In this document: piece by piece, positions 21,870 to 32,300 of the stretch
Layout of the letters: each line of letters begins with the position of its first letter
How positions within the stretch are numbered: the first letter of the stretch is position 1
Assembly: GCA_000708835.1 (NCBI GenBank)
Contig: DF237545.1
Location: 1-43,540, forward strand
Reading direction: 5' to 3'
Length of the DNA stretch: 43,540 nucleotides
DNA from: Klebsormidium nitens
Lineage: Eukaryota > Plantae > Klebsormidiophyceae
Position numbers and translations under genes: made by a program
The notes under the pieces: generated by a model
Database searches by the model: none
What the model was told of the DNA's origin: nothing
The model's input: the letters and a program-made list of their open reading frames with translations, nothing else

Positions 21870-22910
21870 ATCCTCCAAAATATGACCGTGACATTACGGA
21901 TTGCCTCCTCAAAAAAGTGGACAGGACTGACTCGTGCCGCCAGATCCAACCGGCGGACAAGTCCTCGGCCCCCAGGGCCAACCGTCCACATTCTGACTGT
22001 GACATTACGGATTGGCTCATCCAAAATGTGGACAGTACTGGCTCGTGCCCCCAGGGCCAACCGTCCACAATCTGACTGTGACATTACGGATTGCCACCTC
22101 CAAAATGTGGACAGGACTGGCTCGTGCCCCCCGGGCCAACCGTCCACATTCTGACACTGACATTACGGATTGCCTGNNNNNNNNNNNNNNNNNNNNNNNN
22201 NNNNNNNNNNNNNNNNNNNNNNNNNNNNNNNNNNNNNNNNNNNNNNNNNNNNNNNNNNNNNNNNNNNNNNNNNNNNNNNNNNNNNNNNNNNNNNNNNNNN
22301 NNNNNNNNNNNNNNNNNNNNNNNNNNNNNNNNNNNNNNNNNNNNNNNNNNNNNNNNNNNNNNNNNNNNNNNNNNNNNNNNNNNNNNNNNNNNNNNNNNNN
22401 NNNNNNNNNNNNNNNNNNNNNNNNNNNNNNNNNNNNNNNNNNNNNNNNNNNNNNNNNNNNNNNNNNNNNNNNNNNNNNNNNNNNNNNNNNNNNNNNNNNN
22501 NNNNNNNNNNNNNNNNNNNNNNNNNNNNNNNNNNNNNNNNNNNNNNNNNNNNNNNNNNNNNNNNNNNNNNNNNNNNNNNNNNNNNNNNNNNNNNNNNNNN
22601 NNNNNNNNNNNNNNNNNNNNNNNNNNNNNNNNNNNNNNNNNNNNNNNNNNNNNNNNNNNNNNNNNNNNNNNNNNNNNNNNNNNNNNNNNNNNNNNNNNNN
22701 NNNNNNNNNNNNNNNNNNNNNNNNNNNNNNNNNNNNNNNNNNNNNNNNNNNNNNNNNNNNNNNNNNNNNNNNNNNNNNNNNNNNNNNNNNNNNNNNNNNN
22801 NNNNNNNNNNNNNNNNNNNNNNNNNNNTTTCAAAATGTGGACAGGACTGGCTCGTGCCCCCAGATCGAACCGGCGGACAAGTCCTCGGCCCCCAGGGCCA
22901 ACCGTCCACG
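21870..22910 (+). repeat. family-3 array 1: 79-bp units with a palindromic core GTCCACATT...AATGTGGAC; spans a gap
   Basis: Core starts at 21984, 22063 and 22142 (period 79). The array resumes after the Ns at 22828. Confidence 0.95.
22177..22827. other. assembly gap within family-3 array 1
   Basis: Run of N. Confidence 1.
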
Positions 22911-23209
22911 TTTGGCCTCGGATGTACTATGTATCCAAGGGCGATGCCAGAATGCCAGCCGACTCCTGCGTGCGTCCCTCCTTGCAGCCCTCGACTCCCA
23001 TCTCTACCCCGTCGCATTTGCGCGAAGTCCAGCAGCCCGCTGTTAACCGAGAAGCGCACACCGAGAGCGATCCGGGCTTCGGAGATGCCGCCAGCAACGG
23101 AGCAGAATCCAACGCATCCACCGACGGCGAGCGTGCAGCTGCGTGGCGCCGTGACAGTTTGCCGAAGGTGAAGTTATTCATAGCCCCTCGAACCAGTCGT
23201 CTATTCTGT

Positions 23210-23300
23210 GCACCCAGAGCCAACCGTCCACATTTTGAAAGAGGCAATCCATAATACCATGATCAAAATGTGGACGAGTCTGTCTCGCGCACCCAGACCG
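23210..23300 (-). repeat. single family-3 unit with the core in reverse orientation
   Basis: GCACCCAGAGCCAACC-GTCCACATTTTGAAAGAGGCAATCCATAAT...CAAAATGTGGAC is the reverse complement of an array-2 unit. Confidence 0.85.
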
Positions 23301-23495
23301 ACCGGCAAAAACAGAAAATGCTTTCCCTCAGGGCCAACTCTTACTTCCAGGTGGCACGGCCAGTAGGTCAGGCCGACCTTCGAAACTTCACATTCTACAA
23401 GCCTATTTTCCAACATATTCACGTGCTTCCCTCGTCGACTACGCGTACCAATCATCAGAACGATTGTCTTTTTGAATTCACAGGCAAGGAACGCA

Positions 23496-26400
23496 ATGAC
23501 GGACACTGAGCGATCGGGGCTTCGAAAACAAACAGCAGCCCTTCGCCCCCGTCCTCTCGGCTGCACCGTGGTCCATTCCGAGCAGGAGGGCAAGGTCCAA
23601 ACCGTCCGACAGGACAACTTGCTGGGCACCTCTTTCTTCTTCAAGCTCAGCGTGCCCGCTCTGCACCACCGTGACACCAGGAACGGGCCGCAAGCGCTTC
23701 GCAGCAGCCATGGGCCATGGGATAGAGGTCAGACACCTCACGCCCCATCGGAACTACGGATCCTATCCGGAATGGCCGACCGCAGCCCCTCTTCTCCACG
23801 GCCAGCTTCACCTGGAAGAAGTGATGGCGGAGGGGAGACCATGCAAACCGTACTTGGATCTGGAAAGGGACGATGGGCTGCCGCCCGGGGAGGATCTCTC
23901 GACGGTCATCGCCCGCATCCGGGAGGGGGTCAAGGAGGTGTTCGACCAGGACTACGACGTGCAACTGGCCGACGATGACTTCAACTGGTTGCATTGCGAT
24001 TACGGTCCAAAGGGCAAGTTCTCCCTCCATCTCATCGTATCGACTCACGGCCCGCAATTCGTCTATCGGTCGAACCTAGTGCCGCCTGCTGATCCTCAGG
24101 GGGCCGGCCATCTCGCAAGGCGCCTGGCAAAGATCCTGGCCGCTCACTTGGCCGAGCTCATCGACCAGAGCGTGTTCACGCGGAACCGGGGGATGCGTCT
24201 GCCATTCTGCTCGAAACCAAAGACACCGGGCAACCCGCTCATCCCGATAGACCCGAACAAGCCTTTGGCGGACTCCGTCATTACGTGGATCGACGAGTAA
24301 GCCTGCACCTTCGGATTGGCATACAACCGACGATTGTATCAGAGCGATGGCGGCGTTCAGCTTGCGCGTCTCCGTCTCATCGTCGTTCCGGGACCGTGGA
24401 TTCACACTCGCCTTCCTCCCTGTAGGACACGTGCTTCATCCCCGTGCCAATCTTGGTCCCGGATGCGGTCCGGGAGAACCGTCCACGGCGCACGCCTGCA
24501 GATATGACGTACGTCAACCCACAAGTGGCGTCGAGCTTTCACGTTCAGCGCTGCTTGGAACTCCTTCAAGAGAGGTTGCACCCTACCGCTTACAAAAGGG
24601 GTTCCTCCGCAGCGCTGAGCTTCAGCTGGACGGACAGGCTCGGAGAGCCTTGCTACACGAATCACATCCACTCGGGGGACCGAGACATTATCTGCATCAT
24701 CGACGAGCCTGGGAACGCTGTGCTGGCGAAGTGCTGCAGCGAGCGCATCGATCCGGGCACGGGTGTCTGCTGCAAGGACCAAAAGGCCTTCTACCTGGGG
24801 CCCCTCCATGTCGACGTGGAGAGCTGGCGGGCCGGCGCAGTGGAGATCGACATGCGGTTCCTAGAGCGGGATGCTCTTTCGGCGGCCGACATGGACTTGT
24901 GCCTCATCAAGGCCGGTGTGAAGCCGCTGACTGACAAGATGTCCTTGAACGTCATCCTCAACAGGTGAGTGTCTGGGCGAGGCCCGTCGGGAACCCTTCT
25001 TTCCGAGAAACAACGCATTCCGTTTGCACTAAGATGCGATTCTTCGTGTCACTTTCAAATTGTGGACGGTGTGAAGCGGTTCCCAATACCTGGACTGTTG
25101 GTCCCGTGTTTGTACGGACAGAAATTATCCACAGTGTGACTTTGAGTTCACAGTCTCGTCCACATTCTGACTGTGACATTATGGTTTGCCTCTTTCAAAA
25201 TGTGGACGGTTGGCTCTGGGGTGCGGAAGATAGTCTCGTCCACATTCTGACTGTGACATTATGGTTTGCCCCTTTCAAAATGTGGACGGTTGGCTCTGGG
25301 TGCGGACAGCACTCTCGTCCACATTCTGACTGTGACATTATGGTTTGCCTCTTTCAAAATGTGGACGGTTGGCTCTGGGGTGCCGAAGACAGTAGCGTCC
25401 ACATTTGACTGTGACATTATGGTTTACCCCATTCAAAATGTGGACGGTTGCCTCTGGGTGCGGACAACAGACTCGTCCACATTCTGACTGTGACATTATG
25501 GTTTGCCTCTTTCAAAATGTGGACGGTTGGCTCTGGATGCGGAGGACCTCGCGCACCGCGTTCTGGTGCCGAGCCCAATCGTGTCCGTATCTTGAACGAC
25601 CCCTCGTCCACATTTCGAGGAGTCATTCCAGCACGCCGCGTGCGAATTGTGGCCGGCTGATCGTGTAGGCTTAGGCAGTCTTGTATACATCTTGAAAAGA
25701 TAATTGTGAATCCAGCAGGTCAGAGGTGAGTCGTGGCCGGTCATGAGTGCCTAAGACAGTCTCGTCCACATTCTGACTGTGACACCATGGATTGCCTCTT
25801 ACAAAACCTGGACGGTTGGCGCTGAGTGCGAAGGACATTCCTGTCCACATTTTGAAAGAGGCAATCCATAATATCATATACAAAATGTGGACCGTTGGTC
25901 CTGGGGCCGTAGGATTGTCTGTATACATTTCAAACTAGGCAAACCATGTTGCTCACGTCCAAGATGTTGTCGCTTGCAAGACTTTGTCAATTTTGGAGTC
26001 GATGCATTCAGGTTCTCGGTCTCATCGGACTTCATTTCCGTCCTGCAGGTGGCAGGCCGGGAAATTGAAGACCCTCCTTCTGAAGAGCCCTATGGGCACC
26101 GGCAAGTCGACTCTCCTCCGAGCGTTGATGTCGGAACAGCCTCGAACACGGACGGCCCTCATGATCACGTATCGGCAGACGCAGGCCAGTGACGCGCATG
26201 GCAAGAATGCCGACTTCTTCCAGTATGACCATCTTGTCAGGCCGTGTCGTCGATGACAGCATGTTTATCGAGGCATTGGCAGACAGAGACCGCTTCCCCC
26301 GTGTGATCTGCTAGGTCGACAGCGTTCCCCGACTTCTGGTTGGGGGGAGGCTCGTCACGTCATTCGATCTCATCAAAGTTCTGGACGAGAGCGAATCGAT

Positions 26401-27577
26401 CTTTTCGCACCTGTCCGCCGCCACCCTCAAAACTAGGCGCAAGACGATGAGCTTCATGGTTCAGCTCTTCCAAGAGGCTAAGAAGATCGTCGCCATTGAC
26501 GGTCACTTGGGTCAGCGCCCTTACGACTTATTGTCCATGCACCGGATCGCATGCGGACCCCGCAGCTCTATCAGAGTGTAGCTAATGATATCTGGACATA
26601 TAAACGAGCACCTCCCAGCCCGACCGCTCTGCTTCGAGTTGGTCACCGGTAACGAGGGTCTGGACGTCTAGACTGAAGCGATCTGCGGGGTTCTCTAAGT
26701 GGCGAGAATTACTTCGTCGTCAGCATGTCGTCGGAGGCAGCCTATCGGCTGGCAGACACAATTTCGGGGACCCGGTTGGTGCCGGAGTCTGAGGTTCCGA
26801 TGGTGACAAGACATTCGGCGGGAGATGTGAAGAAGGCGCTGGAGAACGTTCATGTTGCGTGGCTGAGACGCGTCGGCATCATCAGCCCGAGTGTCGAGGA
26901 GGGGGTAGACTTCAACCGGGAGTGGTTCGACTGTACCTTCATCTATATGTGCCCCTTCAGTACGACTCCACGCGGCCTTGATCAGATGAAGGGCCACGTC
27001 CGATACGTGCGAGAGCCGACTGTTTTGTGCTTCGTGCACTCGCGGATGGTTCTATCGACCGTTTCGACCGGATGCTTTTCTGACGTGGACGAAGCATCCG
27101 GTGAGGATCAAGCCAACCTCTTCGAACGCTATTATGGTGCTCGTCGCGCCTATGCAGTGAATCTATCCGTCGAACCGTCCTAAGCTCGAGCCGTATCGCT
27201 CACTGGCTTCCTCGAAAATTTCCAGGATCGTCCGCATCTCATTAGTCGAAACCGGTCTGCGTGCAGATGTCGAAGAGGAGCTGTACTCTACGGGAATGGC
27301 ACCCAAGCGGGCTGCCTTCAGCTGGCTGGGGGTCGAAGAGACCTACCAATTCTTCCGCCGGGTGGATGGCAAGCTGGACAATATTGTGGCAGGAAAGACT
27401 CGTCACAGAGGGGATGCAGGGGAGCCGGAATACATCCCTGTCGAGTTCGCGGCGGGGCGGATCCGCCAGAGAGAGGAAGGAGGGGTGTCAGAAGTCGTCC
27501 CTGCCGAGGACGCGGTGATCAGGATGTTCGCTCACAATGAGGCCGAGCAAGGCAGATATTTTGCTCTTGGCACATAA
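23496..27577 (+). pseudogene. AEP (PrimPol/UL52-like) primase + Zn-finger + UL9/origin-binding-like SF2 helicase fusion, intron-containing and decayed
   Basis: AEP motifs HLEEVMAEGRPCKPYLDLE (I), KFSLHLIV (II) and IDQSVFTRNRGMRLPFCSK (III). Donor at 24297, acceptor at 24425. Cys/His region PCYTNHIH...LAKCCSE...CCK. Intron 24965-26048 joins in frame to LLKSPMGTGKS (Walker A), ITYRQTQA, VIC*VDSVPRL, VLDESESIFSHL (Walker B) and AIDGHLG, then IYMCPF. Stops at 26312, 26669 and 26696, plus several frameshifts. Confidence 0.8.
25060..25905 (+). repeat. family-3 array 2: 78-80-bp units inside the primase-helicase intron
   Basis: Units start at 25155, 25235, 25314, about 25394 and 25472. Further cores lie at about 25764 (forward) and about 25843 (inverted). 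Confidence 0.95.
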
Positions 27578-29336
27578 TTCTAATTCGTTGCTTAATCAAA
27601 CAAGAACGCACTTGATTCCTTGTTCCAATGCCCATTCTATAGCACTTCCAATCACTTGTGTGCTGTCGTATATCCTTGCCGAGCTGCTTTCTGCTTCATA
27701 TAGCTCCCCTGAGCAACGTCGGTCTCTACACATATTCAGAAAGAGCCCGCGAATTAGCCTTGCCCCTCAGCATTTCTCTCGACCAATTTGAGGGTTTGCA
27801 CATCGTTACTTTCTCTGCCCACCAAGAAATGCAATCTGGGATCTTATCAAGCCTAACTGCAAAAGGGAGGACTGCTTACAATAAAGAGTGTGAAGGAGTG
27901 ATAACCAGGGGAATGCTTGCATTGTCCAAAAAGGTACGAGTATCGCGGGGTTGCAATTGATTTCTGATCGTCCATATCCTCAAGCATTGGGCACAAACGG
28001 GGTCATGTTTAAGGGACATTGCAAAAAAGGGGCAAATAATGCGCTATCCTTCGAGGGGGTGCACGCTGGCGAATACGGACTTTTTGTGTGAAGTAGAGAC
28101 ATTGTCTAGCTGGGGACCACCTACAGGCCATATGTTGTGGGGTGAAGGGCACCCAACTCTCGAGCGGGGTGCATATTATGCGTGCGTGAAGATGGGGTTT
28201 TACCGAAAAAGGAGTGTTTTTCGGTGTTTTTTTTAAAACCGCAACACATTTTCAGGGCCCGGTTATATGAAGTGCCGAAACTTAACATGCGTAACTTCCA
28301 TGACCGGTGCAACCTTTTTTGAGTCTCTATTAGTATCAAATTCAAGTTTGTTCGCCACCACGGACGTTCGGAAGGCATAGGTATCTGCAAGCCTAGCGAG
28401 GCCTTTTCGTGGGTTGTGCGTTTGATGCGTTGGACCTCCATCAACCGACGTCCGGTGGACGATTCAACCACATCGAGCAGACGCTGACACTGTCGAGACC
28501 GTGTGAAGATGAAAACGTGCATGCTCAACAGCCTTGCCACGGGTGAATTTGCGTATTAGGGTTTTGGAGGCGAGTTTGGTTACCAAACTTATTGACCCGG
28601 GTAGTTGTCAAGGCTTGGAGTGTTTTAGAATTATCAGCGCTGCCTAAATCAGTCATGCAATACTTGTCGAGCTGATTGGTAAACTCTAATTTGAGAGAAC
28701 GTTCATAATAGCTAATGGGCGGGCATGGGGTACAAAACTACACCAACTTGCGACCATTGATGAGGATATTTAGATGTCAAATGTCACAACACCTGCGGCG
28801 CATACAATACTGCCAGAGCTGAGGTGAACAACGTAAGTGATCCTCCACGGTTTCAACTTTGTTGCTATAGCGAATGTTCCAAATCGTTGTTCAAAGCCCA
28901 TTTTCCCCTGAATTTTCATGTATCACATACATGTCATGCCTTCCTCCATATTCCATACTACATCTTGCGTATGTCTTCCAGGTACTACATTCTTCAAGCT
29001 ACCGTTGTTTAAAGACATTCTACCATTCTCTGCTCTGCGTCCAAAATATAATCGTGCAAAATCCGTCACACATGGGAACCGCAATACACCACCATTGCAA
29101 GGCTTAACAAATCGGTCTACATCAATCTGGTGACAACACACAGTAAGTCCTTCCTACACTTAAGAAGACATGCATCGAAAGAAGCAACTAGTAACAACGC
29201 AACAACAACGTGGCCCGAGAAAGCCTCCCCACCAGATGTCATCGAGAAGCACTCAGGGTGCGCGATTACTCAGATTGCCCAATTGTCTGATGAGGTTTGC
29301 CAAGTACTGGTGAGCCCCAAAACGTCAAGTAATCCA

Positions 29337-32300
29337 TTAACGTCCGGTATGGATATTGGTAAAATTTTGCATTACCGTCAAGTTCTTTGGGGGCTCCGGA
29401 CCGCCTCTTTGATACCCACTCATAGTGCCAACGGCGGAAGAGCCTCCTGTAGTGGGAGGAGCGTCATAGGAATCCGCTGAGCCCGTCAACGAAGTGGTTG
29501 CTGCAGGACCCTGGGCGACCGGTGGATCCGTGTTCACATGGCGACCACTGGTGGGGAAGAAGACCTTTTCTGCGGAGGGCGGCTGCAATCTTGTAATACT
29601 TATCAGTTGCTCAATGCGCTGATGGACCTGCGGTAGACATGGAAAGATGCAACCGTCACTCAGCCGATCTGCCGAGATCTTACCTCCGGATTAAGGAGGA
29701 AAGGTGTCGTTCTGATATGCTATTTCCGGCGCATACTGTCTTCAAGATACCTTTCAGCCCTTGGGAAATTCTTGCTGTTTCCCAAGTAATGAGCGGTCGT
29801 TACAAGAGCTCAATGCCGAAGTTAGCCTTCTCAAATTTGAGCACGGTTGTTAAGCTTAAATAAAAAGCAGAAGACAAGAACACAAGCATCAGTATATTTG
29901 ATGTCAGTACTGCTTGTCTATGTAGATCAGTGATCAACAGCATGTCTTCTTGAGATCCTAGCCCTTTTTTTTGAGGACTAGAACCTGGCCCAGATTGATG
30001 GACTTGTATCTAAGGTATCATGTCTGCAACACCACTCAAATCACCTTCTCTGAACTTTAATTGTGTTGCATAGAATTAGCTTCGTGGGAGTGTTGGCAAA
30101 TTGTGATTCGTATTGAACTGGATGAAAAGAGGGAGCAAGATGGGAAAAGGGGAGAACGCAAGAATGAAAGTGCGGATCAAGCAATCTTAACAACAGAAAT
30201 TGTGTTGACGCGCACCTGGGCAGCTAGAGGACGTGCGGTAGGTTCATGCTGGTTCATGCATTCAACGGCCAGCTGAATGATTCCAATGGCCTGTTGAGGA
30301 TGAAAGTCATTCCCCAAGGCCGGGTCCACCAGAGCCAGAGGCTGGTGCTTGTTCTCAACGACCTGTGAACGTTGCAGAGCAGCCTGCTTCAGTGCTACAT
30401 GGACCAACGCTGGCTTGCAAATCAAGAGATTGATACAGTTGGCCATGTGTCACACTTCGTATAAGTACCATTTCTAAATAACATTACAAGAGGTCCTGAA
30501 GGTCTATGCAAAGGACAATGTAGACAAGCCGCAGGATGCATTTGCACGTTCTTCATCAAACGTTCCATTCTATGAGCAGGCTGGCAAGGACAGGAAGATT
30601 CTGATAATTTCGTAATTCCTCATCCATCCGAGCAAAGGACACGTACAAAACAAGCACAAAAGGCATAAAATAAATATCTAGATCGAGTTGCAACGCACCC
30701 AGTTGCGCAGGGTTACCGAATCATTCCCCATTTGGAAGGTACAAGGACGTCCAGTGACCAACTCGGACAGAAGCACGCCGAGGCTGTAGATGTCGGTATA
30801 CCTACTAACCTGAGAGAGGACACCATCACATGCGTTGCAGACACAAGGAAGCAGTGACAACAAGTATAGATACAATTTTGAACGCAAGACTTAGCCTGAA
30901 CCCCTTTTCAACAACCAGGTTCTTGAAGCCTGCCAAATGAAAAAACATCGGAGAGCGAGGCTCGATCTGATGACTGGGATCATACTGGGAGAGAAAGTAT
31001 AAAGACCCGACCAATAGGTACCCGGAAGTGAACTTACCTGTCCAGACTGAAGGTACTCGAGCGCAATGTAGCCTGAACATTGGAAATAAAACGCTTTCAG
31101 CCCACAGGAGCAGACTGGAGCAAAGATAAGGATTGAGAAGGACCGAGAGATTCACCCTCTCTAAGCAGGAATGCTGCGACAATGGGATTTTTGACTACAT
31201 ATATTTAAATCAAAGTTGGTGGGCAATGCTCGACCGCGCACACATTGCAGAAGTACAGGAAGTCCTGACGTTTGCGTGTCCTTCGTCTCTTTTGAGATTC
31301 TCTGGTGCACTGGATTTAAAATTGGCCAGGCGAAACAGGGTTGCTTTGGTTTCTGGTCACCACATTGTGGTATCTTTCAGAAGGACCACTTGTCCCTAAG
31401 TAGTGCGCCCAATGCAGCGAGAACATTGTAGACAGAACTTGAAGCTCGCACTCTGAAAGGAATCCTTACCCCTGGTACCCAAAACGCGAGTCCGAGCTGA
31501 CATGGCACCATCTTCAAACTTGGCCACCCCAAAATCACTCAGCTACAAGCAGAACAAAAAAGTGCCAATTGTCTGCATGTGCGTACTCAAATCGATAAAC
31601 ACCGTTTAGCCAGAGCTTGTCGGTTGATTGTCCACTGCTGAAGTATTATTATTGAATGTACTGCCAAATGACTAGCAGGCCCAGGAAATTTTTGAATCCA
31701 TGAACAAACACACTTTTCTTTTATGAACCTTCTGAACATATTGCCAGGCTTGACAAATAACTTCCAAGAGCGTATCAGGAACCGTAATTTTGACAACAAG
31801 TACCGCACAATCTCAGACTTGAGCACCAGGTCCCGCAATGGAGCACCCACAGAAGACTTGGATCACGTGCTGTTTAGAATCAATTCAGAATCTGACGTTG
31901 GAGCATTCTCACCTTGGCAGTAAGTCTGTCCACGTCGGCAAAAAGGACATTCGCGCTCTTGATGTCCCTGGAGTTGGCTCACAAGAGTCGATGTCAGGTG
32001 GTCTACGTGGCAATGCTAGAACTGATATCGCTACTGATGCTGGATCACCACAACATTCTCATTTTGGTTCTGGCAAGGCCAACAAACTGCTGGGTAGTCC
32101 AGCGAGTCACAAAATATGTGATCGGGAATATTTGATGGGCAATAAGCAACTTTTTAAGACAGTTGATCAATCTCACCAACCACGTAAAGACCCGCTACAG
32201 ATTGTAGCCTCCGAATTCTGAATCATCGCACTAGCAACTCTTGCGAGTTTGCTTTCTTCGACAAGCACGTAGGTAGCTCAGCTTTTGGAGATCGATTGGT

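Noticed and set aside
21413-22154. 220-244-aa ORFs, including a poly-Asn/poly-Leu tract
   Set aside because: They arise from the CAATAA microsatellite and family-3 repeats and have no protein-like features.
3921-23254. Long ORFs made mostly of X (e.g. 3921-4787, 7030-8317, 10772-12156, 22012-23254)
   Set aside because: These are artefacts of translating through N-gaps.
21870-25905. CRISPR-like look of palindromic cores separated by linkers
   Set aside because: The linkers are homologous to each other rather than unique spacers, there are no cas genes, and the context is eukaryotic introns.
24958-25928. Repetitive ORFs (RPHSDCDIMVCLFQNVDGW...)
   Set aside because: They are translations of the intronic repeat array.
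2850-28600. A single Polinton/PLV or complete endogenous giant virus
   Set aside because: No capsid, packaging ATPase, protein-primed polB, integrase or matching terminal inverted repeats are visible. Host-like DNA interrupts the region. The gaps could hide genes, so this is unsupported rather than excluded.
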